Assembly: GCA_040902515.1 (NCBI GenBank)
Contig: JBBDXB010000006.1
Coordinates: 66,219-130,218, forward strand
Source: Patescibacteria group bacterium
GTDB taxonomy: Bacteria; Patescibacteriota; SICC01
Direction of reading: 5' to 3'
DNA length: 64,000 nucleotides
Shown here: positions 8,249-17,854 of the stretch, one piece after another
How positions within the stretch are numbered: the stretch's first letter is position 1
Layout: each line of letters begins with the position of its first letter
Made by a program: the position numbers and the translations under genes
The notes under the pieces: generated by a model
Databases searched by the model: none
What the model saw: only the letters and a program-made list of their open reading frames with translations
What the model was told of the DNA's origin: nothing

Positions 8249-9829
8249 TCATGTCAGGAAGGGCCCTTCCGACCGTTCCAGCAAGCTATACCCGGTCATC
8301 GCTTCCGGCTTGGGGATATTCAGCAGGTCGAGCACCGTCGGCGCCACGTCCGCCAGCATGCCGGAAGGCAGGCTCCCGTCCATGATCGAACGGTCCTGGC
8401 CGGAAAGCGCCAGATCGTCGTCACTGACCAGGATCATCGGTACCGGATTGTTCGAGTGGTCGACGTTACTGACTCCGGTCCGGGCGCTGGTCATCTGCTC
8501 GGCGTTGCCGTGGTCGGCGGTGATCAACATCGTGACCCCCTGTTCCTCGCAGGCGTGGATAACCTTGCCGATCTCCACGTCCAGCGCCTCGGCGGCCCGG
8601 ACGGCGGCTTCGAAGTTACCGGTATGACCGACCATGTCGAGGTTGGCGTAGTTGGCGACGTACAGGTCGGCGGCCTTGCCCGTGATCGCCGCGACCAATT
8701 TCTCGGTCACCTGGGCCGCGGCCATCTCCGGCTGCTCGTCGTAGCCGCGCACCTCGGGCGACGGGACCTTCTCGTCTTGTTCGCCGGTGAACGGCTGGTC
8801 GTGCCCGCCGTTCAGGAACGTGGTGATGTGCGCGAACTTCTCGCTCTCCGCGACCCGGTACTGGGTCAGCCCCGCTTTGGAGACGGTCTCGCCCAACGTA
8901 TCGGGCAGCTTCTCCGCGGCGAACGCCGCCTTCACGCTCATGTCGTCGGCGAACGAGCTCATCGTCACCAGGTAGAGGTTCTTGAGCGGTTCGCCATGCT
9001 CGAACTGACCGAAGTACGGCGCTACGAACGCCTTCGCCAACTGCCGGCTGCGTTCCGGCCGGTAATTGAAGAAGATGATCGAGTCGTTGTTGTCGATCGT
9101 CGGCGGCTCGCCGATCCGGGTCGGCTCGATGTACTCCGTCGGCGTATCCGTGGACCGCGCCTGGGTGAGCACCTCTTTCACGCTAACAGCCTGCGGCCCT
9201 TTCCCGGCCACCATTAGACTGTACGCCCGGGCCGTGTGTTCCCAGCGCTTCTCGCGGTCCATCGCGTAATACTCGCCGGAGATGGTCGCGATCGTGCCGA
9301 CGCCGACTTCGGCGATGGTCTTGGCAAGCTGGTCGAGGTACTTGTCCATGCTGTTCTCCATCTGCCCCTCCTTGTCGAGCAGGACGTGGACATAAACGTT
9401 CGAGAACCCCTGCTGCTTGGCGAGCTCCAACAGCGCCCGGACGTGTTCCAGACCTTTCGCACCCTCCTCCGGGCTCAACGCCCCGATGAAGTGCAGCGAG
9501 GAATCGTGCTTCTTCACGTGCTCGACCGCGTCGATGAACACCTGGTTCTGGAAAAACGAGCCGCTGGCGAGCGCCGTGGCGATCGCCGGGACCTCCTGGA
9601 AGACGATCCGCCCGGCGCCGAGGTTAAGGTGGCCGACCTCTGAGTTGCCGGCCTCCCCCCACGGCAGGCCGACGGCGGTCCCGGCCGCCTGGAGTGCCAT
9701 CGAGGGGTAGTCCCGGAGCAGCCGGTGCATGTTCGGCGTCCGGGCGCTGGAAATCGCGTTCCCTTCCGTGACCGGGGAGATTCCCCAGCCGTCCAGGACC
9801 AGCATCGCGACCGGGCGGCGCTCAGGCAT
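8249..9829 (-). CDS. gpmI: 2,3-bisphosphoglycerate-independent phosphoglycerate mutase (copy 2; tandem paralog)
   Basis: Same motif set (LDGWG, SEVGHLN, ITADHGN), 526 aa, with an 8-nt overlap onto eno. Confidence 0.85.
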   Translation of the reverse strand: MPERRPVAMLVLDGWGISPVTEGNAISSARTPNMHRLLRDYPSMALQAAGTAVGLPWGEAGNSEVGHLNLGAGRIVFQEVPAIATALASGSFFQNQVFIDAVEHVKKHDSSLHFIGALSPEEGAKGLEHVRALLELAKQQGFSNVYVHVLLDKEGQMENSMDKYLDQLAKTIAEVGVGTIATISGEYYAMDREKRWEHTARAYSLMVAGKGPQAVSVKEVLTQARSTDTPTEYIEPTRIGEPPTIDNNDSIIFFNYRPERSRQLAKAFVAPYFGQFEHGEPLKNLYLVTMSSFADDMSVKAAFAAEKLPDTLGETVSKAGLTQYRVAESEKFAHITTFLNGGHDQPFTGEQDEKVPSPEVRGYDEQPEMAAAQVTEKLVAAITGKAADLYVANYANLDMVGHTGNFEAAVRAAEALDVEIGKVIHACEEQGVTMLITADHGNAEQMTSARTGVSNVDHSNNPVPMILVSDDDLALSGQDRSIMDGSLPSGMLADVAPTVLDLLNIPKPEAMTGYSLLERSEGPFLT

Positions 9830-11099
9830 GTCGCGCCTCCGTGGTAACCAGTGCGTTCCGGCCGTGGTAGACGGCCTGGCTGCCGATCGCTCGTTCGATC
9901 GCGAGGAGGCGATTATACTTCGCTACGCGCTCGCCGCGTGCCGGGGCGCCGGCCTTGATGAATCCCGTCTCCCAACCGACCGCGAGGTCGGAGATCCAGG
10001 CATCCGTCGTCTCGCGGGAACGATGGCTGGCGATCGCCGCCAATCCCTGCTCCGCGGCGACACGGCGGGCAGCCGCGGCTTCGGTGTACGTCCCCGCCTG
10101 GTTGGGTTTCAGGATCACACCGGAAATGCCGGCCTCCGTCGCGGCCTTGGTAATGCGCTTGGCATCCGTGACGGTAAGGTCATCGGCCACGACCTGGGTC
10201 GCGACCCTGCCTTTCAGCGCCTTCCAGCCGCCCCAGTCATCCTCGGCATACGGATCTTCCAGCGAGACCAGGGGGTACCGTTGTGTCAGCGTTTCGTATT
10301 CGATCGCCAGCTGTTCGGCGCTCAAGGTGTGCCCGTCGAAACGGTACCCGCCGCCGCGGTACAGTTCGGACGCGGCCACGTCGAGCGCGAGTGCGATCTG
10401 TTCCCCGGGACGGTACCCGGCGCGCTCGATCGCCTGGAGCAAGAGGTCCAGCGCGTCGTGATGACCGTCCAATTCCGGCGCGAAACCGCCCTCCAGGCCG
10501 ACGCCCGTGGATAAACCGCGGTCGACGAGGATGTCGTAGAGCGCGCGATACGTTTCCGCCCCGGCGCGGAGCGCCTCGGAAAACGCGTCGAACCCGATCG
10601 GCAGGATCATGAACTCCTGGATGGAGAGGCCGTTGTCGGCATGGGCACCACCATTCAGGACGTTCAGCATCGGGACGGGAAGACCGCGGGGTTCACCCTC
10701 CGCGACGTAACGCCAGAGCGGTTCCTTCGCGGCCTCCGCCGCGGCCTGGAGTGTCGCCAGGCTCACCGCCAGTAGCGCGTTGGCGCCGAGACCCGAGCGC
10801 TTGGCGCGGTCCAGTTCCTGTAGCCGGGCGTCGATCGCCCCCTGGTCGGCGGCGTCGGCGCCGCGGAGCGCCCGTGCGATTTCCACGTTCACGTGGCTCA
10901 CGGCCTTGCGGACGCCCTGGCCGTTCCATCGGCGATCGCCGTCGCGCACCTCCCGTGCTTCATGGGCTCCGCTGGACGTACCGGCCGGCACGGATGCCGT
11001 ACCCTCGCTCCGGTCGGTCCGGACGGTCGCCTCGACCGTCGGGATTCCGCGGGAGTCCAAGACCATCCGGGCAATGATACCGGTGATCTTCACGCTCAT
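9822..11099 (-). CDS. eno: Enolase (phosphopyruvate hydratase)
   Basis: Enolase signature ILKPNQAGT and SHRSGETED-like SHRSRETTD, 425 aa. Confidence 0.9.
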   Translation of the reverse strand: MSVKITGIIARMVLDSRGIPTVEATVRTDRSEGTASVPAGTSSGAHEAREVRDGDRRWNGQGVRKAVSHVNVEIARALRGADAADQGAIDARLQELDRAKRSGLGANALLAVSLATLQAAAEAAKEPLWRYVAEGEPRGLPVPMLNVLNGGAHADNGLSIQEFMILPIGFDAFSEALRAGAETYRALYDILVDRGLSTGVGLEGGFAPELDGHHDALDLLLQAIERAGYRPGEQIALALDVAASELYRGGGYRFDGHTLSAEQLAIEYETLTQRYPLVSLEDPYAEDDWGGWKALKGRVATQVVADDLTVTDAKRITKAATEAGISGVILKPNQAGTYTEAAAARRVAAEQGLAAIASHRSRETTDAWISDLAVGWETGFIKAGAPARGERVAKYNRLLAIERAIGSQAVYHGRNALVTTEARHA

Positions 11100-12133
11100 A
11101 GCGGATCCTCCGCCAATCGGGCCTTCAGGGAGTCGATCACCTCGTTCGGCGACGGGTCGACGCCGTTCAGCTTCGCCAGCTCGCAGCTCGCCAGGTCGCC
11201 CCAGAAGATGACGGAAGCCTGGCAGGCCAGCCGGTTCGGGCCGGTCCCTTGGATCGTCACGTGCGGTAGGTTCCGGCGGTCGAGTTGCTCCTTCAGGAAT
11301 TCGAAGCGGAGGGCATGGCGCGGATGCTCCATGTCCGTGCGCAGCAGCACAAAAAGCGCCTGCTGCCCCAGGGAATCCGGGTACTCCAGGCCGACGATCC
11401 CGTTATGGTTCTGCTCGGGAAGCACGTCCCAGGCGGCCGTCTGCTTGGCGTTCTCGGCAAGCTGTCCCTTGAGCCGTCGGCCAGCTTCCGTGAGGAAGCC
11501 GGTACTGTAGATGACCGGTATCCGGCCATGGAGCCGTTCGGCCAGCTCGGCACCGAGATGCCGCTGCGTTGACCGGGCCGTCTCCGCCAGCTCGCGTACG
11601 TGTTCGACGGCCGGTTTCACCGCTTCCGAGCAGTCGGCAGCGAATCCCAGCGTCACCAGGACCTTCAACATCAGTCCGAACGTATAGGGGGTCGCCGCGC
11701 GGGGCGGGATCGCGCTAACGTACGTGACGAGCGCCTGCTTGTCCCGCTGGGCATCATCGGCAAGCGGCCCGCCGGTCGTCACCGCCAGGACCGGTGCCTT
11801 GCGCTCCCGGGCCGCGGCGTAGGCGGAGCGGGTTTCCTCCGTGCTGCCGGAATGGCTTACGCAGATCACGAGCGTCCGCTCGTCTACGTACTCGGGTACG
11901 CCATAGTCACGATGGATCACATATGGAACCTTGAGCTGGTCCGCCAGGTAATCCCCTGCCAACGCGGCTCCGATCCCCGAGCCTCCCATGGCACAGACCA
12001 TGATCCGTTCGGCACGCTTCAGTCGCGGCGGAAGCGTTACCGCCGTCCCGTATCCCGATTTGAACAGTTCGGGCCACGCCAGGATGTGCCCCAGCATGTC
12101 TCCCGGATCGACCGGTGGTTTCTTGGAAGTCAT
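11096..12133 (-). CDS. Bifunctional phosphoglucose/phosphomannose isomerase, archaeal-type SIS domain. The start is uncertain: the ORF is open to 12220.
   Basis: SIS-domain PGI/PMI family pattern (GGSGIG...VICVSHSGSTEET). It overlaps eno by 4 nt (operon pgi-eno-gpmI-gpmI). Confidence 0.7.
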   Translation of the reverse strand: MTSKKPPVDPGDMLGHILAWPELFKSGYGTAVTLPPRLKRAERIMVCAMGGSGIGAALAGDYLADQLKVPYVIHRDYGVPEYVDERTLVICVSHSGSTEETRSAYAAARERKAPVLAVTTGGPLADDAQRDKQALVTYVSAIPPRAATPYTFGLMLKVLVTLGFAADCSEAVKPAVEHVRELAETARSTQRHLGAELAERLHGRIPVIYSTGFLTEAGRRLKGQLAENAKQTAAWDVLPEQNHNGIVGLEYPDSLGQQALFVLLRTDMEHPRHALRFEFLKEQLDRRNLPHVTIQGTGPNRLACQASVIFWGDLASCELAKLNGVDPSPNEVIDSLKARLAEDPL

Positions 12134-12441
12134 ACCCGAATGTGTGTTCGTGTTCGCTCTCATTCTACCTAGATTACGTGGCTGCCGCAGGATGACGTCA
12201 CGAATGCAGCAGTTCGCCATCGTCGTCCTCCTCGACCTCGGAGAGCCGGAGGTGGAGGTAGGCGACCGCGTGGAACACGGCCAGGACCGAGAGCGCGGTC
12301 ACGAACGGAAGGACGATTTGAAGGATGTCGTTCATATTTTTATGCGTTTGTTTCCTGCAAAATTACCAAAACATACCATAAAATACGCCATCAGTCAATG
12401 GCTCCGGGCACGATCGCGGGAGAACGGGCCGTTTCGCCGGG

Positions 12442-13290
12442 CTACTCCAGCGTGAACGTTTGGATAACCTGGTCGTAGAGCTTACGGTTCGGCGAATCCT
12501 GGACCTGCTGGAGCAGGAACGCCTGGCCCTTGCCGGTCACGATGGTGATCAAGTACGGCACGAAGCCGTATGGGGTCTCATACTGGTAGCCGGGGCGTTC
12601 GTTCACCGTAATTCCTCGCTGCTCGATCGCGGCCTGGTCCTCGTGCGGATATTCCTCGCGCGCCTTGTACCAGGCCTCCGGACCGAGGTTCTTCGGGTTT
12701 CCCTGGACGAGAATGGTCAGCGGTGCGGTATGCTCCCCTTCGTCATGACCATCCTCACCATGGTCATGGTCTTCCTCGGGGCGCGGACCGCTTACCTCAT
12801 AGAACACGACGACCTCGGACGACTGTTCCCGCGGTTCCCAGCGGGACGGGTACCGGATGCGATATCCGTACTTGGCGTTCCGGTACGTCTTAAAGTCATC
12901 CGCGGATTCGTCCGTGACGGTCTCGCCGTCGCGCACGAACGTGTGTTCGATCACCGCCGGCTGGTCCTCGAACACCTCGATGGGAATCTCCGCCTCGTCA
13001 TAGCCGGCGAGTTGCAGTGTGACCTCGTGTGTCCCGATGCCTACTTCGATCTTGGCATCGCTGCGCTCGGATCGTTCCTTGCCGTCGATCAGGATGGTGG
13101 CGTTATCCGGGTCGGTATAGATCTCGATGATGCCGGTCTTGGCGTCTTCCGCTTGCTTGACCGACGGCTGCTGCGCCAGGAAGAACAGAGCCGCCCCTGC
13201 GGCAACCACGGTGGCGATGGACGTCGCCCCCCAGAACTTCCGTCGCTTATAGAGCGGTACGCGTTTCTTTTTCGCGGTTTTGGTTTGCAT
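12442..13290 (-). CDS. Membrane-anchored extracellular protein with a PEGA-like domain and a His/Asp/Glu-rich segment
   Basis: N-terminal TM helix, a beta-rich PEGA-like stretch (VTLQLAGYDEAEIPIEV), and an acidic HDHGEDGHDEGEH cluster. Confidence 0.5.
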   Translation of the reverse strand: MQTKTAKKKRVPLYKRRKFWGATSIATVVAAGAALFFLAQQPSVKQAEDAKTGIIEIYTDPDNATILIDGKERSERSDAKIEVGIGTHEVTLQLAGYDEAEIPIEVFEDQPAVIEHTFVRDGETVTDESADDFKTYRNAKYGYRIRYPSRWEPREQSSEVVVFYEVSGPRPEEDHDHGEDGHDEGEHTAPLTILVQGNPKNLGPEAWYKAREEYPHEDQAAIEQRGITVNERPGYQYETPYGFVPYLITIVTGKGQAFLLQQVQDSPNRKLYDQVIQTFTLE

Positions 13291-13343
13291 GCAGGCCTAT
13301 TTTACACGTTTCACGGCGACGTCCAGTAGGCGACCATGGGCGG

Positions 13344-14609
13344 TCAGGACGGTCCGGGCCAGGACAGGGTGCGTCCTGCGACGGTCAACGTGGCGCCCGG
13401 TCCGGCCCCCAGCTTCTCCAGGCGGGCATCGAGGCCGAGCCGCCGGGCCGTCCACCAGAAACGTTCCACGGCTTCCGGGTTCTCGAAGTCGGTCTGGGTA
13501 GCCAAACGTTCCAGCCGGGGTCCGCGGACGATGAATCCGTCCCCGTCCGGTTCGACGCTCAAGGATCGTGGCGCCAGCTCCGCCAGGCCGATGCGGGACA
13601 CCGGCTCTTTCCGGGCTTTCGTCCGGTGCCGCTTCGCCAGCGCGGCGGCTTCCGTGAGCAGGACGTCCACGCCGGTCCCGGCGGCCGCCGACACGGCGAA
13701 CACCGGTTTCCGGATCCGCCGGGAAAGGCTTTTGGCCGCCTCCGCGGCCGCTTCCGCCGTCAGCGCGTCGACCTTGTTCAGCGCCACGACCTCCGGCTTC
13801 CGCGCCAGGGTCCGGTCGAATGCCGTGAGCTCCTTCCGGACGCTCCGGTAATCCGCCGCCGGATCTTCGGCGGTGACGTCGAGCAGGTGGACGATCGCCT
13901 TGGTCCGTTCGATGTGCCGGAGGAAGGCGTCGCCAAGCCCCTTGCCCCGGTGGGCACCTTCGATCAGCCCGGGGATGTCGGCCAGCACCAAACGCTGTCC
14001 GCCGGTCATCGCGATGCCGAGGCCCGGCACGGTGGTCGTGAACGGATAGTCGGCGACCTTGGGTTTGGCCGCGGTCACGCGGGACAGCAGCGTCGACTTG
14101 CCGGCCGACGGCACGCCGACCAGCCCGATATCCGCCACCAGTTTCAGTTCCAGTTCGAGTTGTTTGGCCTCGCCGGGCTCGCCGCGCTCGGCCAGCCGGG
14201 GCGTCTGCCGCCGGGAGCTGGTGAAATGGGCGTTGCCGTACCCTCCCGTACCGCCCCGGGCCAGGACCGTCCGTGCGCCCGGTTCGTCGAGGTCGGCCAG
14301 CAGCGCGCCGGATTCCCGGACCACGGTTCCGACGGGCACCTCAAGCACCAACTCGTCCGCCGATTTGCCATGGCGTTTGCCCTTCCCGCCGGGGGCGCCG
14401 GCCTTAGCCGCGAACGTCTTTTTCCGCGCGTACTCCGCCAGCGTGTTGATACCCGGATCGGCGACCAGCACCACGCTCCCGCCGTCACCGCCGTCACCGC
14501 CGTCGGGACCTCCCCGTGACTCACCGCGGGCGTGACGGAAGCTGATCAGCCCGTCACCGCCCTTGCCGGCACGAACGTCGATATCTACCTGGTCCCAGAA
14601 CGTCGCCAT
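13344..14609 (-). CDS. obg: GTPase Obg/CgtA
   Basis: Gly-rich Obg fold N-terminus (GGDGGDGG), G1 GLVGVPSAGKST, G3 DIPG, G4 NKVD, and a C-terminal OCT/TGS-like extension. Confidence 0.9.
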   Translation of the reverse strand: MATFWDQVDIDVRAGKGGDGLISFRHARGESRGGPDGGDGGDGGSVVLVADPGINTLAEYARKKTFAAKAGAPGGKGKRHGKSADELVLEVPVGTVVRESGALLADLDEPGARTVLARGGTGGYGNAHFTSSRRQTPRLAERGEPGEAKQLELELKLVADIGLVGVPSAGKSTLLSRVTAAKPKVADYPFTTTVPGLGIAMTGGQRLVLADIPGLIEGAHRGKGLGDAFLRHIERTKAIVHLLDVTAEDPAADYRSVRKELTAFDRTLARKPEVVALNKVDALTAEAAAEAAKSLSRRIRKPVFAVSAAAGTGVDVLLTEAAALAKRHRTKARKEPVSRIGLAELAPRSLSVEPDGDGFIVRGPRLERLATQTDFENPEAVERFWWTARRLGLDARLEKLGAGPGATLTVAGRTLSWPGPS

Positions 14610-14641
14610 GCCTCCAGCCTACCGGGATGCGACACCGGCCG

Positions 14642-15643
14642 TCACTGCAGGTGCTCGGTCTTGTTGGCTTCGTGCTCTTCGTCGGTCTCGGCGTAATACG
14701 TGGTGCCATCCGGCGCCGAGAGGTAAAAGAGGTACGGCGAATCGGTCGGGTCGAGCACGGCCAGGATCGCATCCAGGCTGGGATTGGCGATCGGCCCCGG
14801 CGGCAATCCCTTGAACCGGCGCGTGTTATACGGATCGTCGGTCGCCAGATCGTCGACGGTCAGCGCGTCGGTCGGCTTGTTAAGGGCATACCGCACGGTC
14901 GCGTCGATGTCGAGCCGGATGTCCTCCTCGAGACGCCGGAGGATGATACCCGCGACCAGCTTCCTGTCCTCCGTGGTCCGCACTTCTTCCTCGACCAACG
15001 AGGCGATCGTCACGATCTCATGGAGCGATCGGCCGTTGTTCGCCACCTGGTTCTGGAATCCCGCCAGTTCCGTCCGGAACTGGTCGAGCATGATCCGGGC
15101 GACATCTTCCGCCGAAGTGTCGGGGAGCGGTATCGCATAGGTTTCCGGGAACAGGTAGCCTTCGAGCGACGCGCCGTCGGGGAGGATCCGCAGGAAGTCG
15201 TACTCCGGGAAGTCGGCCGCCCGCAGCTCCTTGAATGTATCGGCATCCGTGATCTCCAACCGGTCGAGCCGCTCCGCGGTCTCAGTTTGCGTCAGGCCTT
15301 CGGGAATCGTGAACTGGGTCGCGAGCTGCGATTCTTCGGTCAGCGCCTGGGCGATCTCCTGCGCCGACTGTTCGCCGGAAAGACGGAATCGCCCGGATTT
15401 GATGTCCGTGGCCAGGCCCTCGAACTTCACGTGCAAGGTGAATGCCCGCTCGGAACGGATCAGGTCCTGCTCCTTGAGCTTTTCCGCGATCAGGTCCGGC
15501 GTATCGCCCTGCCTGACCACCACCACCGCTTCCGGGGCGCCGGTCGCCTGCAGCCCGGTCCGGTACCAGTGGACGATACCGACCGCTGCCACGATGACGA
15601 CAGCGACGCCGAGCGCGAACCGCCGGCTGTTACGCACGTTCAT
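14642..15643 (-). CDS. mltG: Endolytic murein transglycosylase MltG/YceG
   Basis: YceG-family architecture (N-terminal TM, LysM-like region, catalytic region with the E..YYF..PDGTTYYAETDEEH motif). Confidence 0.8.
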   Translation of the reverse strand: MNVRNSRRFALGVAVVIVAAVGIVHWYRTGLQATGAPEAVVVVRQGDTPDLIAEKLKEQDLIRSERAFTLHVKFEGLATDIKSGRFRLSGEQSAQEIAQALTEESQLATQFTIPEGLTQTETAERLDRLEITDADTFKELRAADFPEYDFLRILPDGASLEGYLFPETYAIPLPDTSAEDVARIMLDQFRTELAGFQNQVANNGRSLHEIVTIASLVEEEVRTTEDRKLVAGIILRRLEEDIRLDIDATVRYALNKPTDALTVDDLATDDPYNTRRFKGLPPGPIANPSLDAILAVLDPTDSPYLFYLSAPDGTTYYAETDEEHEANKTEHLQ

Positions 15644-15995
15644 TAAGATACCCCTGTAGGATCACGCGAGCGGCAGCAGCATCGCTGCCGTCTCCGCCGG
15701 CTTCCGCTTCCGTCGTGCTGGCGGTCTCGTCCTCATAGACGAACGTGGCCGGGAGGGCCAGCTTGAGCCGGGAGACTTGGTCTTCGACCCATTTGGCTTG
15801 CGGTCCCAGCCCGCCGGAGAGCGTCCGCGGCCGACCGACGACTACCGTGGAGATGCCGCCCTTGACCAGCTTCCCCAGTTCCTCGGCCAACCGGTCGGTC
15901 GGCACCGTCGTCAGCGGACGGGCCGTGATGCCTGCCTCATCGGAGACGGCCAGGCCGCTGCGCGCTTTCCCGAGGTCTACCGCGACGATCCTCAT
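15630..15995 (-). CDS. ruvX: Holliday-junction resolvase-like RuvX/YqgF (pre-16S rRNA nuclease)
   Basis: RNase H-like fold with N-terminal MRIVAVDLG and conserved acidic residues, 121 aa, overlapping mltG. Confidence 0.8.
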   Translation of the reverse strand: MRIVAVDLGKARSGLAVSDEAGITARPLTTVPTDRLAEELGKLVKGGISTVVVGRPRTLSGGLGPQAKWVEDQVSRLKLALPATFVYEDETASTTEAEAGGDGSDAAAARVILQGYLNERA

Positions 15996-17848
15996 GTGCC
16001 CGGCGTCACCCCTGGAGACGGGCTGGCGCCGGCCGCCGGACGTGCTTCCAGCCGCACGCGGACCTTGCCGGCATCCCCCGGCACCGACCGGACCCAGAAC
16101 GGCGACAGGTCGACGGTCGCGCCGGTCGCCTTGCCGGTCTCCCTGATGATCCGCTCCGCTTCCTCCTTGCTCTTGCCGGCGATGTCCCGGGCGATCCGCT
16201 CCGCCGAAATGCCCGATGCCGTGAAGGTGTCGACGACCAGCAGGGTGCTCAGTTGCGCGGCGGACCGTTCCTTGACCCGGAACGTCTCGGACCGTTCGTC
16301 AACGAGGTTCGTACCGCCGGGAATCTTGGCCTCAAGGTCACCGTCCAGTACGCGCTCGAGGACATCCTCTTCGTACGAGAAGTAGGTGATGCGAGCACGG
16401 CCGCTGATCGTGAATCGCTCGGCCGAAGCGCCCACGTCGGGATCGGCTTCGCTATCCAGCACGGTTACGGCCGCGACTTCCGGATTCACCACGTGGTCGA
16501 CCGCCGTCCTGTTCTCGGCCTCCTCGAGTCCCTCCCGGGCAAGGTGTTGGCCGAGCTGGGTCCGGGCCCGGTCGATGTCCTCACGTGAGATGGTCGTGCT
16601 GTCGGCATCCGTGCCGCCGGTCAGCGGCTCTTCGATCTGGCCGTAGACCGCGGTCGTGCTGCGGAGTCCGGGTATCGAAAGCCTGGTGTCCGCCGGAAGG
16701 TTGCCGTCGGTGCCGCCTTCGTCCGCCACCACCTGCACGGTGGTCGTGCCGCCGGCCGGCACGACGATGCCGGACTGGGAACGGAAGAGTCTGCCATCAG
16801 GAGCCTGGAAGCGCGTCCGGATGACCAACGGTTGGTTCCGGTTGAGTTCGTTGACCACGGTGATCTCACCGCGGGCCGATTCGCCACCGATCGAACGCCC
16901 GGTGGCCCGGGCTTCCAGCGAACCCTCCCGGGTGACTTCGATGGTCTTGGCGGGGACCACGTTTTCCTCGGCATCGGCTTGGGGCGCGGTCGTCGAGAAC
17001 CGTACCGGCACTTCCGCCTTGAACGGTTCCGTCTTGGGGACGATCGTCACCGTCGCGCTCGGCAACATCACGGCCGCGGCCGTGCCGCCGGTCAGGATAA
17101 TCGCGAGTGCGGCGACCGCACCGATCAGTTTCCAACGCCGCCGGCCCTTCCCGGCACCCTTCCATCCCGACATCCGGAACTTGGGACGGGAGAACCGCGG
17201 TAGTCCCGGCAGTGCGAACCTGAACCGCTTGCCGGATGACCGTGACTCGTCCGGCGCCGGCGCTTCGTCCTGGCTGGCGCGGGTCACGGGGATCGTCACT
17301 CCTGGGGACGCGTCCGGAGCCGTCGCTGCCTCGGGATCGGATTCCGGCTCCGTATCCGCAGGGCTGACCGTTTCGACAGGTTCCGGTTCCCCCGGATCAG
17401 CGCTGGCCCCTTCAGTCGGGACACCGGCTATCTCCCGCTTCACCAGCTCGGGATCCTTGCCTTTCTTGTAGCCGATGTCGGCGCCGCCCGCCTCGTCCGA
17501 CGGTTTCTTCGGTTCCTCCGGCTGCCGCTTCTTGAATCCGATCCGCACCGGTTCACCAGTCTCCTTGACCGCCGACTCCTTCACCGCCTTGCCGCCTTCA
17601 GGCAGCTTCTGGTGCACGGTCAACCCGACTGCCGAGGCCAGGTTGCGGCCGGTCTTGTCGCTGGTGACGATGCTGATCCGTTTGCCCTGTTGCTCAGCCT
17701 GGTATCGGAGCAGCTTCAGGTTGACGATGCTCTGCAGGAGCGCCGCCCGCTTGGGCACGATGATCGCCACGTCCTCGTCGTCCAGCTCCTTCAGGCGGTC
17801 GACGACGCTGGTAATCTCCTCGTCTGGCTCTAGGTATATCGCTTTCAT
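15992..17848 (-). CDS. Bitopic membrane protein of unknown function: ~70-aa conserved N-terminal cytoplasmic module, low-complexity Pro/Glu linker, single TM, ~350-aa extracytoplasmic domain
   Basis: 618 aa with a TM at WKLIGAVAALAIILTGGTAAAVML. It lies 6 nt downstream of the ftsA-like gene, in the position where ftsZ normally sits. Confidence 0.5.
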   Translation of the reverse strand: MKAIYLEPDEEITSVVDRLKELDDEDVAIIVPKRAALLQSIVNLKLLRYQAEQQGKRISIVTSDKTGRNLASAVGLTVHQKLPEGGKAVKESAVKETGEPVRIGFKKRQPEEPKKPSDEAGGADIGYKKGKDPELVKREIAGVPTEGASADPGEPEPVETVSPADTEPESDPEAATAPDASPGVTIPVTRASQDEAPAPDESRSSGKRFRFALPGLPRFSRPKFRMSGWKGAGKGRRRWKLIGAVAALAIILTGGTAAAVMLPSATVTIVPKTEPFKAEVPVRFSTTAPQADAEENVVPAKTIEVTREGSLEARATGRSIGGESARGEITVVNELNRNQPLVIRTRFQAPDGRLFRSQSGIVVPAGGTTTVQVVADEGGTDGNLPADTRLSIPGLRSTTAVYGQIEEPLTGGTDADSTTISREDIDRARTQLGQHLAREGLEEAENRTAVDHVVNPEVAAVTVLDSEADPDVGASAERFTISGRARITYFSYEEDVLERVLDGDLEAKIPGGTNLVDERSETFRVKERSAAQLSTLLVVDTFTASGISAERIARDIAGKSKEEAERIIRETGKATGATVDLSPFWVRSVPGDAGKVRVRLEARPAAGASPSPGVTPGT

Positions 17849-17854
17849 GTTTGA

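Noticed and set aside
6424-8385. 653-aa plus-strand ORF antisense to cca and gpmI
   Set aside because: It is Arg/Pro/Gly-rich with low-complexity composition typical of the reverse frame of GC-rich genes. The opposite strand carries well-supported iPGM motifs.
8015-9217. 400-aa and 182-aa plus-strand ORFs inside the second gpmI
   Set aside because: They are antisense to a motif-supported gene and have skewed composition.
10283-11211. Several 100-140-aa Arg-rich ORFs (for example 10283-10612, 10751-11077, 10780-11211) overlapping eno
   Set aside because: Extreme Arg/Pro content with no start context. They are typical GC-rich alternative-frame noise.
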